Below, piece by piece: positions 47,479 through 56,607 of a stretch of DNA of 64,000 nt. Within the stretch, counting starts at the first letter, position 1, and every line of letters begins with the position of its first letter. The notes below the pieces were generated by a model. It was not told where the DNA came from, searched no databases, and saw only the letters and a list, made by a program, of their open reading frames with translations. Origin of the DNA: Acidimicrobiia bacterium (lineage in GTDB: Bacteria > Actinomycetota > Acidimicrobiia > Spongiisociales > ZC4RG35); contig CBDBCY010000004.1 in assembly GCA_965203555.1 (NCBI GenBank), positions 544,001-608,000 on the forward strand, given 5' to 3'. The position numbers were made by a program, and so were the translations under genes.

Positions 47479-48117
47479 TCAGACGATGCGGCGGTTGCTT
47501 GCCCAGTGGGCGAGTTCGTATCTGTTTGACAGTTGCAGTTTGCGCAAGACTGCCGAGACGTGGGTTTCCACGGTCTTGACGCTGATGAACAGTCGCTTCG
47601 CTACCTGCTTGTAGGGATAGCCGCGGGCGATGAGCCGCAACACCTCCTTCTCCCTGGAGGTGAGCCGGTCGAGTTCCGGATCAGACGGCGGCGGGACATC
47701 CATCGCGAACGTGTCCAGCACGAAACCGGCCAGCATGGGAGAGAAGACCGCATCGCCCTCGTTCACCCGCCGTATGGCGTCGGCCAGTTCGTCGGGTCCG
47801 ATGGACTTGGTGACGTACCCCCTGGCGCCCGCCCGGATCATGGCGATCACGTCCTCGGCCGCGTCCGAGACGGACAGGGCCAGGAACTTGATGTCGGCGT
47901 GGGTCTCCCGGACGTTCTCCACCACCGCCAAACCTCCTCCTCCCGGCATGTGAACATCCACCAGAGCAACATCCGGAGGATCCCCGCGGAGTGCATCGAT
48001 GGCCTCATCGACGTCCTGGGCCGTGCCGATCATGTCTATGTCTTCCCGGCCTGCAAGTTCGGCTTTCACCCCGGAGAGAAACAACCGGTGATCATCGACT
48101 ACGAACACCTTGATCAT
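47479..48117 (-). CDS. NarL/LuxR-family response regulator
   Basis: VDDH, DVHMP, GARGYVTK, LTSREKEVL..SVKTVETH. Confidence 0.95.
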   Translation of the reverse strand: MIKVFVVDDHRLFLSGVKAELAGREDIDMIGTAQDVDEAIDALRGDPPDVALVDVHMPGGGGLAVVENVRETHADIKFLALSVSDAAEDVIAMIRAGARGYVTKSIGPDELADAIRRVNEGDAVFSPMLAGFVLDTFAMDVPPPSDPELDRLTSREKEVLRLIARGYPYKQVAKRLFISVKTVETHVSAVLRKLQLSNRYELAHWASNRRIV

Positions 48118-49301
48118 TGCGGTTCTCCCCCCAGTTGAAGATGCACTTCGGTCCCTTCACCGGGTGCTGAAACAACGACGGCCGTCCCGCCATGGGTCTG
48201 CATCCGGGCGACTATCGACTCGGCTATGCCCCGCCGGTCGGGGGCCACCTGACCGGTGTCGAAACCCCGGCCCAGGTCCGTGACCCAGACATCGGCGGAA
48301 GCGTCGGTCACCTCGGAGTAGACCGAGATCCGGTCGGCGCCAGAATGTCGGGCGGCGTTGGTAAGGGCCTCTCCCGCGGCCGCCACCATCGCTCGGACAT
48401 GATCATCCACCGGTTGGTCACCCACCGTCACCAATACCACCGGCACATCGTAGGTGTTCTCGATGCGGTCCGCCTCCCGCTGCAGTGCGCGGGACAGTAG
48501 CTCCTGGCCGTCAGCAGGAGAAGAGTCGTACAACCAGCGGCGCAGTTCTCGTTCCTGGACCCGAGCCAGCGTTGCCACCCGCCTGGGGTCGTCGGTCCGC
48601 TGGATCAGGGCCAGGGTCTGCAAAACCGAGTCGTGCAGGTGAGCGGCCATGTCGGCCCGCTCCTCCTCGCGAATCCGCTTGCTCCGTTCCGCGCCAAGGT
48701 CTGTAACCAACCTCCACACCCATGGTCCGAACAGCACGGCCATCCCCACTGTGGTCACCACCACGGCCAGCACCACCGTCTCAACCGCGGGGACGGCCGG
48801 CGTCAGGATGGATATTCCGACCACCAGCAGCAGTATGCCGATCACGGCGCGGCTGCGAAACCGGCCGCTGTCCGGATCGAAGATCGCCAGGATTGCGGAA
48901 CGGGGATCGATCTCGCGTCGGTCCATCAGGAAGGCCACGCCGACAATCAACGCTGCACCGGGCCACACCAGTTGATCGCTGCTCCAGATCCCGATGGAGC
49001 GAAGGATCAGCAGACCGCCCGCCAAAATCAGCAGGTACCCGGCTTTCCGTTGCTCGCTCTCTCGTCTCACGGGTTGGGGGTGGTGGGTACGGTCCAGAGC
49101 GATCGCCCACAGCGCCAGGTAGACGACCACCCCCAGGCCCCATATCAGGGTCAGAACCAGGAATCCGGCACGAACGTACAGGTCCACCACACCGAGGCGG
49201 TCGGCTATCCCGCCCGCCACGCCGGCGATGATCCGGTCCTCCTGCCGGCGGGATATCACGGCGCCGATGCGGTGCATGCCGGGGGGTCCTGTGGGCTCCA
49301 T
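48114..49301 (-). CDS. PspC-domain sensor histidine kinase
   Basis: DRIIAGVAGGIA PspC motif, TM helices, AHLHDSVLQ H-box, NAARHS, D.G.GF. Confidence 0.92.
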   Translation of the reverse strand: MEPTGPPGMHRIGAVISRRQEDRIIAGVAGGIADRLGVVDLYVRAGFLVLTLIWGLGVVVYLALWAIALDRTHHPQPVRRESEQRKAGYLLILAGGLLILRSIGIWSSDQLVWPGAALIVGVAFLMDRREIDPRSAILAIFDPDSGRFRSRAVIGILLLVVGISILTPAVPAVETVVLAVVVTTVGMAVLFGPWVWRLVTDLGAERSKRIREEERADMAAHLHDSVLQTLALIQRTDDPRRVATLARVQERELRRWLYDSSPADGQELLSRALQREADRIENTYDVPVVLVTVGDQPVDDHVRAMVAAAGEALTNAARHSGADRISVYSEVTDASADVWVTDLGRGFDTGQVAPDRRGIAESIVARMQTHGGTAVVVSAPGEGTEVHLQLGGEPQ

Positions 49302-49361
49302 GCCGTGTATTGTGTCACAACCGGGTCCGGTCAGCAACCCCAAAAACCCGAAAAAAACCTA

Positions 49362-49415
49362 AATCAGGGACCAATCAGGGTGATACCCCATACAAAACCA
49401 GGACGATACCCCATA
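49362..49415. promoter_or_regulatory. Repeated operator-like motifs in the divergent kinase/pspC promoter
   Basis: CAGGGTGATACCCCATA (49376) and CAGGACGATACCCCATA (49399); AATCAGGG occurs twice. Confidence 0.6.
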
Positions 49416-49449
49416 GACGGGGGAATTCCAGCGCCCCATATTTAAAGGC

Positions 49450-50967
49450 ATGAACAACAAAGCCACATCACTTTATCGGCCTCACCAGGGCCGCTGGCTG
49501 GCCGGGGTAGCGGCCGGTTTGAGTCTCCGCTTCGGGGCGCCCGTCGCGTTAGTCCGGGTCGCCTTCGTCCTGCTCTGCTTCGCCGGGGGGCTGGGCGCTC
49601 TCCTGTACCTGGCGGGCTGGCTGCTGATCCCGAGTGAGGGCGAGACCGATTCGATCGTGCAGGGATGGTTGGATACCGACCAGGCCCGACGGTGGGTCGG
49701 TGTAGTTCTCGTCGGGCTCGCCGTCATCATCCTGGGAAGTGCAACAGGGCTCATCAGGGGCGACCTGGCCTTCGCAGTGGTGCTGATCGGCATCGGGGTA
49801 ATGCTCTACCGCGGAGATCTCGGCCGTGGAGACCGCCGACCCGAGACACCGCAGGCGACCAACCGGGAGACATCCCCTGAAGGAGCGGCCGCGGCGGCGG
49901 CTGTTCCTCCGGCTCCGGCAGCGACACCCGCACCGCCCAAGGAGCGATCGTACCTCGGCAGGGTATGCGTGGGAATCGCCGTGATTGCGTTGGGCGTGAT
50001 GGGACTGTTCGATGAGGTCATTGTGGGTTTCCGTCCCGAGTTCCACCATTACGTGGCCTTGGCGGTCGGCGTGATCGGCGTCGGCGTGGTGGTAGGCGCC
50101 TGGTTCGGCCGACCCGCCGGTCTGGTTATTCTCGGCGTCTTCCTGTTACCGGTCCTGCTCCTCTCGCGGCTGGTGGCGGTGGGAGGAGTGGACCTTATGT
50201 CATTCGAGTTCACATCTGTCGGGAGTGTCCTGCACCGGCCGGGGTCGGTAGAGGAGATCCGGGAAGAGTACGAGTTGGAGGTGGGCGGGCTGACCATCGA
50301 TCTTCGGGATGTCGACTTCGCAGAACGGACGGTTTCGGTGGAGACACAGGTAGGGATCGGTTCGGTTCTGGTCCGACTCCCCGAGGACGTGGCCGCCGAA
50401 GTGAGTGGCCAGGTCGGCATGGGAACTCTGCAGGTGGGCGACCTGGACCGTGACGGAGTCGGGGTGGAGGCCGACGTTCGCATGGAAGGGTCGGCGGGCA
50501 CGCTGTTGCTCGACGCACATGTCGGCATAGGCGAAATCGAAGTGAGAGCCTGGCCGGTGGACGACCGCTCGCCCCTACCGGATCGCCGAGGAGGAAACTC
50601 TCGAAGAGGAATACCGGATGAGGAAGCTCTCGAAGAGGAATACCGGATCCGGGACGGGGCAGACCTTCAAGATGAGTACACGCTGGCTACCGGTTCCCTT
50701 CGGCTCGACCTCGGGAGGCTGGTCCTCGAAGATGCCCGGCGGGTTCCCATCAATGTGGGCCGTGGCGAGGTGTGGGTGACCGTTCCACCTGACGTAAGCC
50801 TGTGGATCGCCACCCAGGTGGACCGCGGGCGCCTCACAATGTTCGACGATGTATGGGAAGGGTCCAATCTGAAGTCAACGTATTCAACCCAAATCTCAGG
50901 CGCTCCCCGCCTTACGCTGGACATCCGTCTCGGTGAGGGGAGCCTGACCGTGGAGGAGGCACGATGA
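49450..50967 (+). CDS. PspC-domain membrane protein with tandem LiaF/DUF2154-like beta domains
   Basis: GRWLAGVAAGL PspC motif, YLAGWLLIP, two 'G.L.IDL...G.V.V.VP' repeats. Confidence 0.85.
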   Translation: MNNKATSLYRPHQGRWLAGVAAGLSLRFGAPVALVRVAFVLLCFAGGLGALLYLAGWLLIPSEGETDSIVQGWLDTDQARRWVGVVLVGLAVIILGSATGLIRGDLAFAVVLIGIGVMLYRGDLGRGDRRPETPQATNRETSPEGAAAAAAVPPAPAATPAPPKERSYLGRVCVGIAVIALGVMGLFDEVIVGFRPEFHHYVALAVGVIGVGVVVGAWFGRPAGLVILGVFLLPVLLLSRLVAVGGVDLMSFEFTSVGSVLHRPGSVEEIREEYELEVGGLTIDLRDVDFAERTVSVETQVGIGSVLVRLPEDVAAEVSGQVGMGTLQVGDLDRDGVGVEADVRMEGSAGTLLLDAHVGIGEIEVRAWPVDDRSPLPDRRGGNSRRGIPDEEALEEEYRIRDGADLQDEYTLATGSLRLDLGRLVLEDARRVPINVGRGEVWVTVPPDVSLWIATQVDRGRLTMFDDVWEGSNLKSTYSTQISGAPRLTLDIRLGEGSLTVEEAR

Positions 50968-51230
50968 AACGCCACCCGTTCAATATTTTTTCACTGATAT
51001 TCGGAATCGCACTGATCCTAACCGCCGCCTGGGCGGCCTGGATCGCCTTCCCCGCCCCGCGATGGTTCTACCACACCTCCGACTGGTTGCTCCCCGCGGC
51101 GGCGATCCTGGTCGGAGCGGCGCTCTTGAGTCCCCTGTTCACACCCACGAAGGGCGAGAAGACCTCTGGGAACGGGAGCGAAGGCGACGCTCCGGAGGAA
51201 ACTACCGACACGCCTCCGGGCCACCCGTAG
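50964..51230 (+). CDS. Small membrane protein (PspC partner)
   Basis: MKRHPFNIFSLIFG start, two TM helices, ATGA-coupled to pspC. Confidence 0.7.
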   Translation: MKRHPFNIFSLIFGIALILTAAWAAWIAFPAPRWFYHTSDWLLPAAAILVGAALLSPLFTPTKGEKTSGNGSEGDAPEETTDTPPGHP

Positions 51231-51353
51231 CCTCTGAGACGCATTTGACATGGCCGATGGCGCCGGCAACCCCAACCCGGTTCGGGGCTGGTAAATCACT
51301 CTGACCACAGAACCCAGTGCACCTATTTGGGGTTACCGAGGAAGCTCCACCGG

Positions 51354-51564
51354 GCGGGGATGCTCAAATCATGGCGGTGTTGCTGTTTCGTTCTGAAGCG
51401 CAGGTTTGAAGGCCGAAGACCCCGCACCGGCCGCTCGGACTGGAGGGATCTGCCGCCGGGAGTCTTCCATGATCCCGGTCGTCGAGCCGGTGGGACTCGA
51501 AATACCGTGGAGGGCCACGACCCTCCGGTGGGTTCGAATCCCATTCCCCCGCGTTGATCCTCCG
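51354..51564 (+). ncRNA. tRNA-Ser(CGA)-like structured element with aberrant 5' half (ncRNA or pseudo-tRNA)
   Basis: CTCGAAA anticodon loop, GGAGGG/CCCTCC variable arm, GTGGG-TTCGAAT-CCCAT T-arm; no canonical D-arm. Confidence 0.55.
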
Positions 51565-51722
51565 CTGAATCACCCATCCCCGAGACAGCGATTCGCCTGG
51601 TTGGGGAGACTCAAGAGGTCAGTTGACTTGGTTGCCCAAACTCTGCAGCAAGACGAAACCGAGATGATTCTCATTGTCAGGCCCTCCTTTTCCACAGGAA
51701 GAAGGGACACATGGCGGGCTGG

Positions 51723-51992
51723 TCAGGACGGACTCTCCAGCGACAGGTCCGCTTCGAGCAGGTCGAGCAGTTTGCTCAAGGTCCGCCCGCCCACAGTCAG
51801 GACCTGGTGAACGTTTTCCAGGCTTTGCCAGTGGCCGTCGATAAGGAAGTAGATGGTTCCGTCGAGGCGTTTGACCTGCGGTTCGGTCGCGTCGTACAGG
51901 CGGAGAGCCGTGGCAACGCAGTCGATTATCTCGGCGGCTCGGTACAACCGGCCCTGCAGGTTTCGGTACACGGCGAGGTCGGTATGGTGCAT
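51723..51992 (-). CDS. Hypothetical protein
   Basis: GAAAGGGAG SD before ATG 51992; 89 aa helical-looking ORF. Confidence 0.45.
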   Translation of the reverse strand: MHHTDLAVYRNLQGRLYRAAEIIDCVATALRLYDATEPQVKRLDGTIYFLIDGHWQSLENVHQVLTVGGRTLSKLLDLLEADLSLESPS

Positions 51993-52499
51993 TACTTTCT
52001 CCCTTTCTGGTCGTCTTTGCTGGTGCGGTGGATAAAGGGGAGTGCCAGCCCGACGGTGAACAGAAGACATGACCCGTTGGCTGCTTCGAAGGTGGTGCGG
52101 TTCATCACTGTCCTCACCAGGGTGATGATACAAAACGCTTCAGACGACTTGTGGGTTTTACTCCCATCGGATTTCTCCCTCGTTCCGGGATGTTGGAGTA
52201 TGGGTGCGCACTCACCAAGCCCCACCACTCCCCCATGCCCTCAAACCGCAATCGAAACTGTGACATCCCCTATATCACAGTTGGTCGCAAGACGCCCGTC
52301 AAGTCCTTTGGGAAAACACGGCTTACCACCGGGACGGGCTGCCTTGCGGACTTCAACGGTTAAAGTGAGCAGCGTTCGGGTTTTACCGGAAATCCGCCAG
52401 CCACAGCTTTTGAGATAGTCAAGACGCAACATGGCACGGCACCCTATGAATAGCGGTTGCGCCTATGTCGGCGGAGATCGAGTTGCTGCCTTTGCACTC

Positions 52500-52913
52500 T
52501 ATCGTGGATAATCGGACCGGCTCTCATCGACCGTTTTCGCCGCTGAGGTAGGCGATCCATGTCTCTGTGTTCCATGTCGGCACGCAAAGCACTACCCGCT
52601 CGCCTTCCCCGGGTGGGGTTAATCTCTGATCCCCGCATGCTGCAGCCAGGGAAGACATGCGACCATGGTGGCCCACTTGGTCGCCGTCGATCATGACGAT
52701 CAGATGCACCTCTTCGCGGCCTTTCGCGCGCAAGGCCCGCAACTCCTTTGGAAATCTGTTCCGTACAAGGCTCTCGGCTGACCCTTTACCTGGAGGCGAG
52801 GGCTGCCATCGAAGGTCCCGTTGGTTCAAACCAGTTCTCCTGAGAAAGCGCCTGATAAAGGCTCCGTGCCGGCGATCTTCGTAGAGAACGACGCCACGAA
52901 CTGTGTAGCTCAC
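52500..52913 (-). pseudogene. TOPRIM-like (DUF4276/RloB-like) partner of an AAA ATPase, C-terminal frameshift
   Basis: VLYED, PPGKGSAE, MIDGD, VPTWNTETW; an extra A shifts GETVDESRSDYPR out of frame. Confidence 0.6.
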
Positions 52914-53210
52914 GCCAACCAGCCTCGGGCCATCACTTCGGAGAGCTTGAGACCTTCGGTGGATATGACGGAAGTGAGTGGTCGGATCGTAGTGACCGAA
53001 GAGACTCTATTTGAATAATGCTCCGCTTTCAGGCCCCAGATTGCTATATGACGAGCCTGTAGGTAAAAGACTCTTCACCCACCTTGGCATCGAGTCGAAG
53101 GCCTGATGAGGCTGGGACTGCCACCGGGTGAGGGTGGAGAGATGAAAGGCCTCGGGGTCGGTGATCTTGATCTCGCCAGCCAGCAGTTTGCGTAGTCCGA
53201 ACATCACTGG
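52910..53210 (-). pseudogene. Remnant of an AAA/ABC-type ATPase (internal deletion)
   Basis: Fragments LRKLLAGE..STLTRWQ and C-terminal GLKLSEVMARGWLA*, whose stop overlaps the next start. Confidence 0.5.
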
Positions 53211-53330
53211 GCGCCTCGTTCCGATCTGGACGTCTGTCCTTAAAAGTCAAGGTCCGCGCGGCACGAGTGGAGTGGGACGATCCCAATATCCCGGAGGGCA
53301 AGGGGGTTCCGCGACCGGCGAGTCCGGTGG

Positions 53331-54521
53331 TCAGGCTCCCCTTGCCGCCCCGGCCACCTTTCTGATGTCTGTCTTGCTTGTGGCTCGTCGTGGCATCCAA
53401 CTAATCACCTTCTTGAATCCTTCGTTGAGCAAGAAGAAAGTCGTGAGAGAATAAAGAGCCACCATGAACGCCACTATCAACAGCCGGGCGGTATTGGTTT
53501 CCTGCACTGCCCGGTCGGCCAGGTATCCCAGTCCGGCGGAGAAACCCAGGAACTCGGCGACAATAGCCAGCGACCAACTCCCTCCCATGGAGAGCAGCAT
53601 GGCCGTGCGCAATTCCGGAATCGACCCCGGCACTATCACCTTGTAATAGGTGTGCAGCCGGGAGGCGCCCAGGGTACGGGCCCTTTCGATGTACAGGTCG
53701 GGCACGTTGGCTACCGCATTCATGGTGGCCACCACCAGGATCGTCCACACTCCGAAAGCTATATAGATGGTGATACCAAAGAAGGTGGAGCCCACGACAA
53801 GCTGTAACCAGGGAGCCGCCACGAGGAGGGGGATCATCCGCAGGAAGTTCATGGGCGCCCACGCGGTCTTGCGCACCCCCGGCCAGTAGGGAAGGGCCAG
53901 ACCGGTCAGGAGACCGAGCGTGACGCCGACCACCATGCCAGACAACAGCCTCAAAAGGGTCACACCGGAGTGATATGCGATTGCAAGGAACACGGCCGGC
54001 CAGGTCGCCTCCCCACCATAGATGGGAAGGGGCGCCAGTCCCTCAAGATTGAAGGTCGCGAACCCAAAGTCCAACATCCGCACGGTCCAGAACCTGGACA
54101 TTCCGAAGAAGGTGTCGCCGAACACGTAGTCCCATCCGGGAACCAGGGGATGCTCGAGAGTTCCCTGAGGCGCCACATAAGACGCCACCTGCCACGCCAC
54201 CAGCAACACCACCCAAGAGACGAAGAAGAGCGGGCTACGGCGCATGCCGGCCCAGAGCATCGGCGGCCCCGCCGCTATCCCCCGTCCCGTCCTGACCAGA
54301 CGGTCCCTGACCCGGGCGGTGCGGAACACAACCGGCCAGATCCAGAACAACACCAACCCGGAACCGATGTATGACCAGGTGACATTGATCACACCCTCAC
54401 CATGCGTCCAGGTAACGAAAGGAAGGCTCTCAGGCAACTGAAAAAGCAACCAGGTAATCAGGACAGTCCAGGTCAGCCATCCAATCCAATAAAGGCTTCG
54501 GAAGCGGGCAGGCTGATTCAA
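53331..54521 (-). CDS. ABC permease (NitT/TauT/SsuC type)
   Basis: TLLRLL.G, RMIP, ERARTLGAS EAA loop, IVAEFLG..GLGY. Confidence 0.82.
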   Translation of the reverse strand: MNQPARFRSLYWIGWLTWTVLITWLLFQLPESLPFVTWTHGEGVINVTWSYIGSGLVLFWIWPVVFRTARVRDRLVRTGRGIAAGPPMLWAGMRRSPLFFVSWVVLLVAWQVASYVAPQGTLEHPLVPGWDYVFGDTFFGMSRFWTVRMLDFGFATFNLEGLAPLPIYGGEATWPAVFLAIAYHSGVTLLRLLSGMVVGVTLGLLTGLALPYWPGVRKTAWAPMNFLRMIPLLVAAPWLQLVVGSTFFGITIYIAFGVWTILVVATMNAVANVPDLYIERARTLGASRLHTYYKVIVPGSIPELRTAMLLSMGGSWSLAIVAEFLGFSAGLGYLADRAVQETNTARLLIVAFMVALYSLTTFFLLNEGFKKVISWMPRRATSKTDIRKVAGAARGA

Positions 54522-54906
54522 CCCGTCGTCGCCTCCTCCCCGGTCATACCCGAAAGACTGCTGATCTCGTTCTGTTCGCCCTTGGGAAGCTTGTTAGCCG
54601 TGAGACCGAACTCGAGGTTTTCCCGGACACGGGAACACCGAAGCACAGTGTCCTGCTGGAAGACCGATGGCCTGATCACTGGCGGGCCCCATGTCGTCGT
54701 GGCACCTTCGACGCGTCGGCGTAAGGAGGCTGGAGGCCGACCAATACTCTCAACAGGGTGGTCTTGCCAGGCTCTCGCCTCCCCACCACGCACACTCACT
54801 CGCCCGGATCCACAAAAAGACCGACCACCTCGAGGACACGCACCAGATTCCCTGATCGGTGCTCGAACACAAACCACAGGTTCTTAAACCTCATAACAGC
54901 TGACAT
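54518..54906 (-). pseudogene. ABC ATPase (TauB/SsuB type) pseudogene
   Basis: MSAVMRFKNL..PGE*VCVVGRREPGKTTLL (in-frame TGA), frameshift to VFQQDTVL..RENLEFGL, rest deleted. Confidence 0.75.
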
Positions 54907-54919
54907 AGTTTTTCCTTGC

Positions 54920-55870
54920 TTACAAACTCAGTTGGCGACCGGCCTCGGACCATTTGGTGAAGACACGTATTACCAGTACCAGGATCCCGTCGACTGCCGC
55001 AGCCAGCACGGCGAAGAAGAGAATCAGGGAGACGACCGCGGTCGGACCCTCCGGGAGGCCCATCACGTAGCTCCACATCCGGATCAAAAACCCTCCTCCC
55101 ATCTGTGGTCCCAGCACCTCCACCAGCGTCCCCAAACCCCATGCTCCTCCCAAAGCGACCCGAAAACCTCCCGCGATCTCCGGAATCGTTCCCCGCAGAT
55201 AAACCCATCGGAAAATGGTGCGGCGGTCTCCCCCCAGGGTGAGGGCTGATTCAATGATTGCCACCGGTATATTTTCGGCCGCCCGGCGGCTGAAAAAGTA
55301 CATGAGAAGGGTGGTATAGAAGGCAACAACCCCAATAGTGGTCAACAGGGGATACTCGATCCCGAACCAGATCACGAAGAAAGGCGCCGCGATAAAGATT
55401 GGGGTAGTCCCAAAGAAACCTGCTACCGGTGTCACCACATCGGCGATCCACGGCAAGAGCAGGCTGCTCAGCCCAATCCCCAAGCCGATGAACGTCCCCA
55501 GCGCAACTGCGATCAGGATATTGCGGATGGTATGCACCAGGTGGAAAATGTACCCAAAACAGTGTTCGGGGAGAGCGGACATCCTACCCCTTTTGAACTC
55601 CAACTGAGCCGCCAGATCCGGACAGGCGTGAACAAACCGCTTCATCATCGGCTCACTGAAAAACAGGTTCTCCCAAAAGTGGGTGACTGCGTCGATCGGC
55701 TCCGGGATGAGAGAGAATAGAGGCGAGAACGGTGCGGCTAACAGCTGCCAGAGCAGCAGAAAGAGCAGTGTCCCCCCAACCAGATAGATGACGTAGGAAA
55801 CTTGGCGGCGGCGCCTGTTTCGGCGCGCCGCCGCTCTTACTTCAAGAACATCCGTGCCTGTCGTGGTCAC
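54920..55870 (-). CDS. ABC permease (NitT/TauT type), second subunit
   Basis: LLWQL, APFFVIWFG, ESALTLGG EAA loop, VVEV-type helix; GTG start after AGAGG. Confidence 0.8.
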   Translation of the reverse strand: MTTTGTDVLEVRAAARRNRRRRQVSYVIYLVGGTLLFLLLWQLLAAPFSPLFSLIPEPIDAVTHFWENLFFSEPMMKRFVHACPDLAAQLEFKRGRMSALPEHCFGYIFHLVHTIRNILIAVALGTFIGLGIGLSSLLLPWIADVVTPVAGFFGTTPIFIAAPFFVIWFGIEYPLLTTIGVVAFYTTLLMYFFSRRAAENIPVAIIESALTLGGDRRTIFRWVYLRGTIPEIAGGFRVALGGAWGLGTLVEVLGPQMGGGFLIRMWSYVMGLPEGPTAVVSLILFFAVLAAAVDGILVLVIRVFTKWSEAGRQLSL

Positions 55871-56159
55871 TGTACCTCTTCGTCGTCCTCGTGGTCTCTG
55901 GATTCGCCCACAGGACGAAGCGCGGAGCGCGCTCGGCGCCCTTCTATTTTGCCTACCGGACAAACGCTACCGGAAGCCTACCGGATAAGGGCAGCCGGCA
56001 ACCAGGTGAACCTCAGATTGTCATGAGGTGGGGGTTGCCACCGGGTGCGATCAACAGGGTGGCAGCGGTGTCGGTGCCAACTCCTCGGGCAGCGCGGAGC
56101 ATCGGGTTCGCCCGGCGCAGAGATGACAGATCTCGGTCAGATCCTCGATCTCTGCGGTG

Positions 56160-56541
56160 AGTGCTAGGCGGCGGGGCCAAGAACCTCAAGGTTGTTTGCT
56201 CTTGCGCGGCCTGTGCCTGCCGGTCCGCAACACGGATGCGCCACACGGTTAACGGTATAGCCGCCACACCAATAACCAACACCCCTACATGCCGAAGGGC
56301 CGCGGCATTGGTAACCAGACCACACGAACCCAGCCAGTCCCAGAAGATGACCGCCAAGCCCGCCCACCACTGCGCCAGCGACCGAAATAACAATCCATGC
56401 CCAACGCTGCAAAGGAGTAATGCCTCCCTTCAGGACAGATACTCCGCCTGACTCGCACCAGGCCACCAAATGCCATAGGCCCAGGTAACGCAACCAACGG
56501 TGAGCGGTAAGGTCAACTATTGGAGGGAATATCTGACCCAC
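56160..56541 (-). pseudogene. Fragment of a membrane-anchored protein N-terminus (type often preceding pentapeptide repeats)
   Basis: FWDWL...LRHVGVLVIG..AIPLTVWR.RVADRQA; frameshifted, and the sequence then loses coding character. Confidence 0.4.
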
Positions 56542-56607
56542 TGTCTTCCCAAGAGAACCAATTGTGGTTCTAGGTGCGGTGAATACCGCCTATATTCTCC
56601 TCAGATA

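Noticed and set aside
51442-51551. tRNA-Sec, tmRNA or SRP RNA call for the tRNA-like element
   Set aside because: The anticodon is CGA, not TCA; there is no Ala acceptor or tag ORF, and no SRP GNRA domain motif.
29838-51551. A single island bounded by tRNA-Ser direct repeats
   Set aside because: The distal copy resembles Ser(CGA) rather than the adjacent Ser(TGA), it is diverged, no integrase is present, and the span includes core-like PspC genes. Kept only as an alternative explanation.
51661-51680. Fur/Zur-box-like GAGATGATTCTCATTGTCA
   Set aside because: Only a partial match, and no gene start is suitably placed.
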